Origin: an uncultured Oscillospiraceae bacterium
Lineage (GTDB): Bacteria > Bacillota > Clostridia > Christensenellales > CAG-138
Reading direction: 5' to 3'
DNA length: 64,000 bases
NCBI GenBank assembly: GCA_964490325.1
Contig: CAZBBX010000002.1
Span: 71,110 to 135,109, forward strand
The position numbers were made by a program, and so were the translations under genes. Position 1 is the first letter of the stretch. Every line of letters starts with the position of its first letter. Below the pieces are notes generated by a model. That model ran no database searches. It worked only from the letters and a program-made list of their open reading frames with translations, and had not been told where the DNA came from. Positions 9,701-16,999 of this stretch are shown piece by piece.

Positions 9701-10138
9701 GCGCTGGGGTATGTCCCCCGCTAAGCAGGCGGACAGGCAGATAAGCCCCTCGCTGTGCTTCTCCAGCAGGTCGTAATCGATGCGCGGCTTATAGTAATAC
9801 CCGTGAATGAAGGCTTCGGAGCTGAGGAGCATCAGATTTTGATAGCCTGTATCGTTCTTGGCCAAGAGGATCAGATGCGCATATTCACGATCCTCGCGCC
9901 CCTCCTTGAGCATGTAGCCGCGAGGCGCGACATAGGCCTCCATCCCTAAAATGGGCTTGATCCCCTCAGCCTTACAGGCGCGATAGAAGTCCACAACGCC
10001 GTACATCACGCCGTGATCGGTGATGGCAAGCGCCGTCTGCCCCAGCGCCTTTGCACGCTTGACCAGATCCGTTATGCGTGCCGCGCCGTCCAGCAGGCTA
10101 TACTGCGTATGCACATGCAGATGTACGAAGGGCTTCAT
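6710..10138 (-). CDS. dnaE: DNA polymerase III alpha subunit (DnaE type)
   Basis: 1142 aa. PHP domain FVHLHVHTQYSLLDGA, polymerase core, and a C-terminal OB region. Confidence 0.95.
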   Translation of the reverse strand: MKPFVHLHVHTQYSLLDGAARITDLVKRAKALGQTALAITDHGVMYGVVDFYRACKAEGIKPILGMEAYVAPRGYMLKEGREDREYAHLILLAKNDTGYQNLMLLSSEAFIHGYYYKPRIDYDLLEKHSEGLICLSACLAGDIPQRFLQQRDADAYALAERLKGVFGDDFYIELQNHGIREQLEVLPKLRKLARDLNIKTVGTNDIHYVAREDAEAQDILLCIQTQRYVDEDDRMRMGAQEFFLKSREEMEQALPTDLDALDNTNEVADKCSVDIQFGVRRLPKYTAPDGKDNVEFLHELCRQGMAKKLPDADKAAWDRLQYELSVVERMGFVDYYLIVWDFIHFAKSQNIMVGPGRGSGAGSLAAYCMDITDVDPLRYSLIFERFLNPERVSMPDFDVDFCYERRQEVIDYVGRKYGDGHVAQIITFGTMAARAVIRDVGRVLRVPYADVDRLAKLVPSMLKMTLHDALELSPELKELYGSDETIKRILDLSMKLEGLPRHSSTHAAGVVISGVPLDTVVPLQSNDGALTTQFPMTTLEELGLLKMDFLGLRTLTIIRDALDFAREQGNELPDFSKNDYSDPLVYEMIANADTDGVFQLESGGMRAFLRSLRPDCFEDLIAGISLYRPGPMDQIPRYVKGKHEPSSIHYEHPLLEPILKPTYGCMVYQEQVMEIVRSLAGYSLGRSDLVRRAMSKKKQDVMAREREFFIHGTEGVEGAVKRGVPEAVANHIFDEMMDFASYAFNKSHAAGYAVVAYRTAYLKRYYPVEFLTATINGYMSDTDSVSKYVYAARHQGIRILPPDVNRSRPKFSVEAGAIRFGLAAIKNVGEAAMQDIVRERDENGAFRSFFDFVERGKGLNKRMLENLICAGCFDSFGVGRSKYLAVFEQAVDEAAKLHRVQETGQLSLLDAFMGTENVPASKLSIPLPNVPDLDERYKLQKEHDATGLYLSGHPLDAYGAVLDKLDYRVSDLAEADGLHGIEDGAYVRVGGLLGECKQRPSKNGSGLVGYGVLEGVSGRVEIVLFPRTLQENSHLFHNDGAVLAAGKLNIREDRSNSLLIDKLSELQAAAQKLYLRTPTQSEAVMATILRLIKGHSGSTRLVLYDSAVKIAKAAPANWSVEPSAELLAKLEAEFGKENVILK

Positions 10139-10168
10139 TCCGCTTGCTCCTTTTCCGCCATTTTATTT

Positions 10169-10197
10169 AGTATATCAGCTTTTTTATGGAAAAGCAA
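10169..10197 (-). promoter_or_regulatory. Sigma-A type promoter upstream of dnaE
   Basis: On the minus strand: TTGCTT (10197-10192), 17 nt, TATACT (10174-10169). It lies just downstream of the 10229-10267 terminator. Confidence 0.45.
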
Positions 10198-10228
10198 CGC
10201 CGACAAAGGGCGCAATGCCGCCCTCCTT

Positions 10229-10267
10229 GAAGAAGAAACAGCGCGACAAGCCAAGCCTGTCGCGCTG
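10229..10267 (-). terminator. Rho-independent terminator closing the surface-protein/sORF unit
   Basis: Perfect 10-bp stem CAGCGCGACA / TGTCGCGCTG (10239-10248 and 10258-10267) with a 9-nt loop, followed on the minus strand by TTTCTTCTTC. Confidence 0.65.
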
Positions 10268-10287
10268 CAGAAGCCCGTAAACTGTGC

Positions 10288-10461
10288 TTACGGATTGGTG
10301 GGATCAAAAGCATCCCACAGAGAATCGCCGGTATCTACACCGCTTTCGCTCGTGTCGATGGTGCCGTTGGAATCGATCCAGCCATTTGCGGCCGAGGTGG
10401 TGATCACATCATTGACGCCAAACGAAACGGTTTGGATCTTGGGAGTGGTATACTGCTTCAT
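10288..10461 (-). CDS. Unlisted 57-aa sORF: acidic, Cys-free peptide with a RiPP/lasso-like leader pattern
   Basis: Below the 60-aa cut-off of the ORF track. GGAAGGAGG lies 8 nt upstream of ATG 10461, 18 nt after the stop of the large upstream gene. The terminator follows about 20 nt after its TAA. Translation: MKQYTTPKIQTVSFGVNDVITTSAANGWIDSNGTIDTSESGVDTGDSLWDAFDPTNP. Confidence 0.45.
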   Translation of the reverse strand: MKQYTTPKIQTVSFGVNDVITTSAANGWIDSNGTIDTSESGVDTGDSLWDAFDPTNP

Positions 10462-10479
10462 GTTCTTGTCCTCCTTCCG

Positions 10480-13443
10480 TTACGCACCATAAGGTACGGA
10501 GTAGCCTGTGCAGCCGTCCTCCTGCGGAGACGCGAGGAAGCCGTAGATGTTCCATACGCTGTTCGTCAGGATCGTGCCGTCCACGGTCGTTTCGCCGCAG
10601 GTCACACGGGATGCAAACAGCATGCTGAGCTGATAGCGGTAGCTTGCACCTGCCAGGGAATTGCAGGCCTTGTCAAAGCCGCTCATCGCAACGCAGAACT
10701 CGATGCTGCCCGCCTCGTTGTCGAAGGTGTGGAGCGTCATGCCTGCATCCGTCAGAAGGCCGTACAGCGTCTCGGCGTCCGTCGCCGCAGCCATGTCCGC
10801 CGTCCAAACAGCTTCGCCGCAGCTGACATAGTTCAGGCCGCTTGCCGTGTAGTACTCTGCGGGGGCAATACCGATCTCCAGCTTGAGGGTCTCGCCCACC
10901 GTCATGGCCGCCTGCAGCACTGCCGCATCGACCTTGGCGCCATAGCGCATGGCGGTAAGGCTGTTGGCGCGGATCTGTGCGCCCAACGTGTTGGTCAGGC
11001 CTGCGAACAGGGAGGGAGCAGCGGTGTATTGGGTGGGACGATAGGGAGCGCGGTACAGGGTCAGGGAAATCTTGTAATTTGCATCCGTCTTGTAATACCG
11101 CCAGGTCGACGTTCCAGATAAGGTGTTGATGTACACGGCCAGATTACGCCCTGAACCGTCACTAAAGTGCATCAGCAGGCCGTAGGTCGCATTGTCCGAG
11201 AAGCTCCAGTAGGCGCCTGCCGTGGCCGCGGCAACGACCTTGATGCCGGTAGTAGAATCGAACGCCTCAAGGTAGTAGGTGTTCTCGCCATCCACATAGT
11301 AGACCAGATACTGTCCTGCAGTGGCGGTCTCCCTGATCTGCCAAGTCGCGTACGTCCCATCGGGCACACCATCGGTCAGCGTCAGCGCGGTCGCGGTGGG
11401 CGTGGTCTTTACGCCTTCCTGCGTCAGGTAGTAGGGACCGCCATAGGTCGTGTCGCTGTGGTTGCCCGCAATGACATACTCGCCGCTTGCAACGTTCGCA
11501 GCCGCAGTGACAGCCGTCCAAGCGGTCGCCCCAGAGGCTTGCTTGCTGTAGATGGCAACGAAGCTCAAGGTGGCTGCATCGGTCACGCTTGTGGTGTAGC
11601 TGTCCGTGTAGAGCACGGGAGCCGTTGTTTGATCGTTCGAGAAGCTCGCGTCCTCCAGCATGTAGCCCACGAAGGTGTAAAGCCCTACGCTGCTGCAGGC
11701 GGGCAGAGTGATGGTCTCGCCCTCGTCCACCGTGCCGTTGGTGCTTGTGCCGCGGTCGGTGATCGTGTAGCTCAGCGTGCGCTCATAGCGATAGGTCGCT
11801 TCGATCGCGGTATCCTTTTGGATGGTGAAGGTCGTGCCGCTTGCAACAGCAGTGCCGTTGACCGTAATGGCATCCAGAACGTAGTTCTCGGCGGTGGCGG
11901 CAGCCGTTATGATGACCTGCGCGTGACGGTCGATCGTGTCGCCGTCCGCAAACAGTTCGGTGTCATCCGCGGCATTTGCAACGGTCAAGGTGCCCAAGGT
12001 ATTGTTGTAGTCGATGGACAGCGTGTACTGTGCCGCGACATATTCGTAGTTCTTGTTGGCGCCGACGCGCAGCTGCAGGCCGCCATTGTAGAGGGACAGA
12101 ACGCCGTACAGATTGACATAGTCTCCCGCAACAGCGTCCGTATTCTCGGAAAGCGTCCCGTTATAGGCGGGCACTTTGTAGGCAGCAAAGGTGGCTGCAG
12201 CGGCGTCCGTCATGGTGATGTTACTCGTTCCGTAGGTGGGCAGGGTCACATTTTGGATGCAGATGTACTCTGCCAAGAGCTCGTTGGTATCGCCGTTGGC
12301 AGTCGTGACCGCAGCATAGTTTGCAAAGGCCTGCACGGCAGGCGCCGTTTCGCCCGAGGGCGCCGTCAGAGCCGTCACATTGATGACATTGGCAAGCTGA
12401 GGAACACCGCTGTATGCGCCGACCGTACCCGCGACGGCTACATAATCGCCGATCGCCCAATCCGTCATGGCATTGTAGATCACATAGCCGTTGATGGAGC
12501 CGTCGGTGCCGCTGTAGTCCTCGATGATGGTGGTGTCGATGGAATTATTGCTGCCATACTTATAGGTGACATAGCCCTTGACGGAAATGACATCACCCGT
12601 CGCCGCCGCCTCTGCCTCTGTTATCGTCTTGATGGCGGAATAGTCGCTGCCCAAGGCGCGCACGAAGCTCTCGATGGCGGTCTGCAGGGCAGCTGCCGCC
12701 GTATTGGCGTCCTCCGTGGTGGCTGCTTCGCTGCTGCCGCCGGACTGGTAGGTCTTCGCAAGGGTAAGCGCGGCATTAAGTGCGTCCATCTGCTCGGTAG
12801 TCGCCCAATAGTTAAGATAGGAAACATCCGTGCCGTCCGCAGACTCCGTGGTGCCGTCGAGCAGCGCCTGCGCCGCGTTGACCTTGGTGTTCAATGCGGA
12901 GAAGTCCACACCGTCAGTGGCAGGGGTGTACTTGAACAGGCGAAGCACTTTTGCACCACTTAACACATAGGGACGGTAATCCGTTTGATACAGGGAGATA
13001 CCGCGGCCTCCGGCAGAAGCATGGTTTGACTTGAAGAAGAAACCGTGTGCAGCCGAATAACTGGCGGTGTAGCTTGTTGTCGCCGCTGCATTCAGAGCAA
13101 AACCGCTGGTCGTATTCTCCGTTATCTCGGCATACTTGCCGGCAGACTCGTTATACAGCGTCCAAGCGTCCGTTGTGCCTCCAAGCATCCAAACGATGGA
13201 GGCGGCGGGGTCTACGATGGTACCCGTTTCGCTGAACGTGACGGCAGTAGCTCCCAATCGGGTGGTGCCGCTTGCCGTCATCGCGCCTGTATAGGTGCCG
13301 TTCACGGCGTCATTCACGCCGTACAGTACATAGTACGAACCGGCTTCGAGATCGTCAAGGGTTGTGACCTCGCTGAAGGTACCTGTTCCGTCGTAGGTCG
13401 CCGACGTCGTGATCGCAAAGATCGGCAGCAGCGTCAGTACCAA
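10480..13443 (-). CDS. Large secreted multi-domain protein of unknown function; the 5' end is probably disrupted or mis-called
   Basis: 987-aa ORF rich in Thr/Ala/Gly/Tyr. It holds two similar ~160-aa modules, two OB-like segments ending GDYVxxxGxxxxYxGxxQL, and a FIVAR-like helical segment. The listed start is a TTG with no RBS, located inside what reads as a signal peptide (see findings). Confidence 0.8.
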   Translation of the reverse strand: MVLTLLPIFAITTSATYDGTGTFSEVTTLDDLEAGSYYVLYGVNDAVNGTYTGAMTASGTTRLGATAVTFSETGTIVDPAASIVWMLGGTTDAWTLYNESAGKYAEITENTTSGFALNAAATTSYTASYSAAHGFFFKSNHASAGGRGISLYQTDYRPYVLSGAKVLRLFKYTPATDGVDFSALNTKVNAAQALLDGTTESADGTDVSYLNYWATTEQMDALNAALTLAKTYQSGGSSEAATTEDANTAAAALQTAIESFVRALGSDYSAIKTITEAEAAATGDVISVKGYVTYKYGSNNSIDTTIIEDYSGTDGSINGYVIYNAMTDWAIGDYVAVAGTVGAYSGVPQLANVINVTALTAPSGETAPAVQAFANYAAVTTANGDTNELLAEYICIQNVTLPTYGTSNITMTDAAAATFAAYKVPAYNGTLSENTDAVAGDYVNLYGVLSLYNGGLQLRVGANKNYEYVAAQYTLSIDYNNTLGTLTVANAADDTELFADGDTIDRHAQVIITAAATAENYVLDAITVNGTAVASGTTFTIQKDTAIEATYRYERTLSYTITDRGTSTNGTVDEGETITLPACSSVGLYTFVGYMLEDASFSNDQTTAPVLYTDSYTTSVTDAATLSFVAIYSKQASGATAWTAVTAAANVASGEYVIAGNHSDTTYGGPYYLTQEGVKTTPTATALTLTDGVPDGTYATWQIRETATAGQYLVYYVDGENTYYLEAFDSTTGIKVVAAATAGAYWSFSDNATYGLLMHFSDGSGRNLAVYINTLSGTSTWRYYKTDANYKISLTLYRAPYRPTQYTAAPSLFAGLTNTLGAQIRANSLTAMRYGAKVDAAVLQAAMTVGETLKLEIGIAPAEYYTASGLNYVSCGEAVWTADMAAATDAETLYGLLTDAGMTLHTFDNEAGSIEFCVAMSGFDKACNSLAGASYRYQLSMLFASRVTCGETTVDGTILTNSVWNIYGFLASPQEDGCTGYSVPYGA

Positions 13444-13744
13444 CGCAAGGGACAGGAAAATTGCTATGATCCTTTCACTCTTGTTCTTCCTCCTACCTAA
13501 TTCGTTTGCCGCGCCATGCTCGAAAAATACGCATACCGAGACATATTACAGCAAACTACTCTATATAAAATATTACCGCTTTTTGAACAAAAAAGCAAGG
13601 TAAAAATGCTATAAATTCCCATATGTTTCGTCGAATTTTAAATGGAAGGTATTATTTCAGTTCAGCTTCAGTTTCGCCGCTGTTTTTTTGGATCACAGCA
13701 GGAGCTAAGGGCAACAAAATTTTGCATAGGGACGGGAAATCAGC

Positions 13745-13773
13745 TTTACAAGTGCCGCGCTTACTGCTATGCT
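13745..13773 (+). promoter_or_regulatory. Sigma-A type promoter for galM
   Basis: TTTACA (13745-13750), 17 nt, TATGCT (13768-13773), about 35 nt upstream of ATG 13808. Confidence 0.45.
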
Positions 13774-13807
13774 TTAGGAAAATATACAGTATTTGAGAGG
13801 GAGAGCC

Positions 13808-14887
13808 ATGATCGTAAGCGACATATTCGGAACCCTGCCGGACGGACGCGCCGTGAAGCGCTACACGCTGCGCCAAGGGCCTTGCTCCGCCTCCGTGATC
13901 GAATACGGGGCAAGATTGACCGCACTGTGTCTGCCGCGCTACGACAGCGAGGGCTATCTTACGCAGACCGACGACGTCGTACTGGGCTATGACGAGCTTG
14001 CGGACTACTTAACGGACACCGCCAATATGGGCGCGACCGTGGGTCCCGTTGCCAACCGCATCGACGGCGCAAGCTTTTCGTTGAACGGCAAGACCTTTCC
14101 GTTGACCGCCAACGACGGCGCTAACTGTCTGCACGGCGGCAGCGCGGCTTTCTCCGAGAAGCTCTGGTCGGGCTGTATCGTCACGGGAGATCAGCTCCTG
14201 CTGACCTATGTCGCGGAGGACGGCGAGGGCGGTTTCCCCGGACGGCGTACGGTCGAGGTCCTTTATAGCCTGACATGGGAGGATGACTATACGGATCTGT
14301 TTATTGGTTTTCGGGTGCAAAGCGACAAGGACACGCCCCTGAGCCTTACCAACCATGCGTATTTTCATTTGGACGGGGAGGCCGCAGGTCACGCCGAGCG
14401 ACAGAAGCTGCAGCTGCAGGCAAGCGCATTTTTGCCCGTTCGCAGCGATCTGATCCCGACAGGGGAGCGCCGTGCCGTTTTGGATACGCCCTTTGATTTT
14501 ACAAAGCCGCGGTCTGTGGATGAAAAGCTGAACGATGATGACGAACAGCTTCGCTTGGCAGGCGGATACGATCACTGCTTCCTGCTTGACCCTTCAAAGA
14601 AGCGCCATCCGAACGCTGTATTATATGCGCCTGCAAGCGGCCGAGAGATGGCACTGTTCACGGATATGCCGGGTCTGCAGCTTTATACGGGTAATTTCTT
14701 GGCGGGAGTACGCGGCAAGGGCGGACGGAGCTACGAAAAGCACGCGGGGCTTTGTCTGGAGCCTGAGCAGCTGCCCGACGCGCTGCATCACAGTGCCTTC
14801 CCCTCCCCCATCGTAAAGGCTGAGGAACCTTACACGGCGTATATCGAGTATTGTTTTCAGCAGGATTCCGGGGAGCCGCACTCATAG
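13808..14887 (+). CDS. galM: Aldose 1-epimerase (galactose mutarotase)
   Basis: ATG 13808 follows GAGGGAGAG. NCLHGG, the LTNHAYFHL motif and the GLCLEPE catalytic Glu region are present. Confidence 0.9.
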   Translation: MIVSDIFGTLPDGRAVKRYTLRQGPCSASVIEYGARLTALCLPRYDSEGYLTQTDDVVLGYDELADYLTDTANMGATVGPVANRIDGASFSLNGKTFPLTANDGANCLHGGSAAFSEKLWSGCIVTGDQLLLTYVAEDGEGGFPGRRTVEVLYSLTWEDDYTDLFIGFRVQSDKDTPLSLTNHAYFHLDGEAAGHAERQKLQLQASAFLPVRSDLIPTGERRAVLDTPFDFTKPRSVDEKLNDDDEQLRLAGGYDHCFLLDPSKKRHPNAVLYAPASGREMALFTDMPGLQLYTGNFLAGVRGKGGRSYEKHAGLCLEPEQLPDALHHSAFPSPIVKAEEPYTAYIEYCFQQDSGEPHS

Positions 14888-15873
14888 AGGATGTCGTTTG
14901 CGACCGTCGTATAGAAGCTGCGGCGAATGAAGGCAGGATCGCTGCTCTGTCCTAAAATCCACATCAGCTTGGCGACCACCGCCTCGGTGGTCATGTCGTA
15001 GGCCTCCAGCACGGACAGCTCCGCCTTGAGGCCGTGTCCCACGCGGTACACGGTCAGATTGCTGCCCTCGTTCTGTACCTGTGTGGTGATGACGATGACC
15101 TTGCCAAGCTTGAGCCAACCCGCTATGCAGTCGTAAAACCTGGTAGACAGCAGCGAGGGCACGCCGCCCACACCGAAGCTTTCGATGACGACCGCATCGT
15201 CCCGTGAAAGGACATAGTCCAATACGCCCGCATCCATGCCCGGAATGAGCTTGACCAAGCCGACCTTGGCGTCCAGCTTGTCGTAAAAGCGGGGCTTGTC
15301 GGCGTGCTGCGGCATGATGTAGCGAAAGACCGCTCCGTCCACCACTCGCGCCAGTTCGGGATAGTTGATGCTGGCAAAGGCAGAAAAGCTCTTGCTGCGC
15401 ACCTTGCGCGCACGCGTCCCCAAGATCACGCTGCCGTTGAACACGATGGTCACGCCGCAAAAAGCGCTGTCTGCCGCAATGCGAAAGGCGTCCAGCAGAT
15501 TGGTCTTGGAGTCCGTCACATCGCTGTCGATGGGCTTTTGCGCACCCGTAAGCACGATGGGCTTATCCGCATCCTGAATTAGATAGGACAGCGCCGCCGC
15601 CGTGTACGCCATGGTGTCCGTGCCGTGGCTGATGACAAAGCCATCGTACCGACCATAGTTTTCCTGTATGGTCTTTGCCATCTTGAGCCATTCTGCGGGG
15701 GTCATGTCGGTGCTGTCCAAGTTCATCAGCTGCAGGCACTCGACATGGCAAAGCTCGCGCACGGCGGGGATGTAGCGCAAAAGCTGCTCTGTATCAAGCT
15801 TTGGCGTCAAGCCGTTGTCCGTCATTTCCGAAGCGATGGTTCCGCCCGTTCCGATCATCAAAACGCGTTTCAT
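14857..15873 (-). CDS. ansA: L-asparaginase, type I
   Basis: MKRVLMIGTGGTIAS catalytic Thr motif, HGTDTM and VVLTGAQ-like motifs. The track ORF (to 16176) has a spurious 101-aa N-terminal extension that overlaps the next gene. Confidence 0.9.
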   Translation of the reverse strand: MKRVLMIGTGGTIASEMTDNGLTPKLDTEQLLRYIPAVRELCHVECLQLMNLDSTDMTPAEWLKMAKTIQENYGRYDGFVISHGTDTMAYTAAALSYLIQDADKPIVLTGAQKPIDSDVTDSKTNLLDAFRIAADSAFCGVTIVFNGSVILGTRARKVRSKSFSAFASINYPELARVVDGAVFRYIMPQHADKPRFYDKLDAKVGLVKLIPGMDAGVLDYVLSRDDAVVIESFGVGGVPSLLSTRFYDCIAGWLKLGKVIVITTQVQNEGSNLTVYRVGHGLKAELSVLEAYDMTTEAVVAKLMWILGQSSDPAFIRRSFYTTVANDILYECGSPESC

Positions 15874-15940
15874 GGCCTTTCCCCTTTCCGAATCAAAAAA
15901 AGAGCCGCCGACCGTGTCGGCGACTCCCCCTTGCACAAAT

Positions 15941-16366
15941 TTATTTGTCGTCCTCGGGTTCGTCCTCATCGTCCTCGTCGTCATCGCACTGGCCAATGGT
16001 GACCGTGATGTCGATGGGGCTGTTGCAATTCGGGCAGACCAGCCCGTCGGGCGAATCCAGCATATCCTCGTCGAAATAGATGGTCTCGCCGCAATCGGGG
16101 CAAACGACCTCAAAGAAGTCGTCGTCATCGTCTTCATCCTCATCCTCGTCGAAAAGCAGCTCGTCGTAGGCATCAAGGCTGTCGAAGATCTCGTCGAGGC
16201 TGTCGTCCATCTCGTCGATCCGTTCCTCGTGGTCGGTCAACTCGTCGGCAACGGCGGACAGTGTGTCCGTGATCGCATTCAGCAAGCGGGACAGCTTCTC
16301 GTCCTGCAGATTCATGCCGTCCTGTAAGCCCTTCAAATAGGCTACCTTTTCAGAGATCTTGCTCAT
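15941..16366 (-). CDS. Highly acidic helical protein with an embedded zinc ribbon; function unknown
   Basis: CPDCG...CPNC zinc ribbon flanked by DEDEDEDDDDD and DDDEDDEDEPEDDK runs. Sits between efp and ansA on the same strand. Confidence 0.75.
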   Translation of the reverse strand: MSKISEKVAYLKGLQDGMNLQDEKLSRLLNAITDTLSAVADELTDHEERIDEMDDSLDEIFDSLDAYDELLFDEDEDEDDDDDFFEVVCPDCGETIYFDEDMLDSPDGLVCPNCNSPIDITVTIGQCDDDEDDEDEPEDDK

Positions 16367-16396
16367 AGTACGCTCCTTTTTTTCCGTTAGTTTGGT

Positions 16397-16954
16397 TCAG
16401 ACGCGCTCCATGTATTCACCCGAGCGGGTATCCACACGGATCTTGTCGCCTTCGTTGACGAACAGCGGCACATTGAGCTTCAATCCGGTCTCGAGCGTTG
16501 CGGGCTTGGTGGTGCCCGTGGCCGTGTCGCCCTTGAAGCCCGGCTCCGTCTGCGTGATGGTCAGCGTTACAAAGTTCGGCGCCTCCACGGAGAAGGGCTT
16601 TTCCTTGTAGAAGCGGACCTTTACGTTGTCGTTTTCCATGATATAGGATATGGCGTCCTCGACCTGCTCGTGATTGAGCGGGATCTGCTCGTAGGTCTCC
16701 ACGTCCATGAAATAGTACAGCTCACCATCGCAATAGAGATACTGCATCTCCTTGGTCTCGATGCGCGCTTCGGGATACTTATCGGTGGGGTTGAAGGTGC
16801 GCTCCAACACTGCACCCGTCATCACGTTCTTCAAACGCGTACGGACAAACGCCGCGCCCTTGCCGGGCTTGACATGCTGGAAGTCCGCGATCGACCAGAC
16901 CGCTCCGTCGATCTCTACCGTGACGCCCTTGCGAAAATCGCCTGCCATTACCAT
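16397..16954 (-). CDS. efp: Elongation factor P
   Basis: 185 aa with the [13 protein letters not shown] loop and three OB/KOW-like domains. Confidence 0.95.
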   Translation of the reverse strand: MVMAGDFRKGVTVEIDGAVWSIADFQHVKPGKGAAFVRTRLKNVMTGAVLERTFNPTDKYPEARIETKEMQYLYCDGELYYFMDVETYEQIPLNHEQVEDAISYIMENDNVKVRFYKEKPFSVEAPNFVTLTITQTEPGFKGDTATGTTKPATLETGLKLNVPLFVNEGDKIRVDTRSGEYMERV

Positions 16955-16999
16955 ATGTTGCTTTCCTCCATGTTTCTCTCTCTTGTATTATACCGAGAT

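Noticed and set aside
10288-13443. Treating the sORF plus the large protein as a complete lasso-peptide or other RiPP gene cluster.
   Set aside because: No cyclase (Asn-synthetase-like), transglutaminase-like peptidase, RRE, radical-SAM enzyme or exporter is encoded within the window. Only the leader-like pattern supports the idea, so it is reported as a hypothesis for the sORF alone.
13501-13807. AT-rich 364-nt gap between the surface-protein gene and galM. It contains track ORF 13642-13992, a 41-aa minus-strand ORF starting at 13621, and possibly an ncRNA or riboswitch.
   Set aside because: The ORFs lack an RBS and run into or out of galM in the wrong frame. I could find only promoter-like hexamers (divergent promoters) and no convincing conserved-looking structure by eye. 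A covariance-model scan would be needed to exclude an ncRNA.
14857-16176. N-terminal extensions of track ORFs: ansA to 16176, yraN ORF 35640-36560, tmk-like ORF 62128-63162, trmD to 38870, rimM to 39372 and mpg to 4337.
   Set aside because: The extensions overlap the upstream genes and translate to low-complexity sequence. Internal ATG, GTG or TTG starts with an RBS and/or ATGA/GTGA coupling restore the family-typical N-termini.
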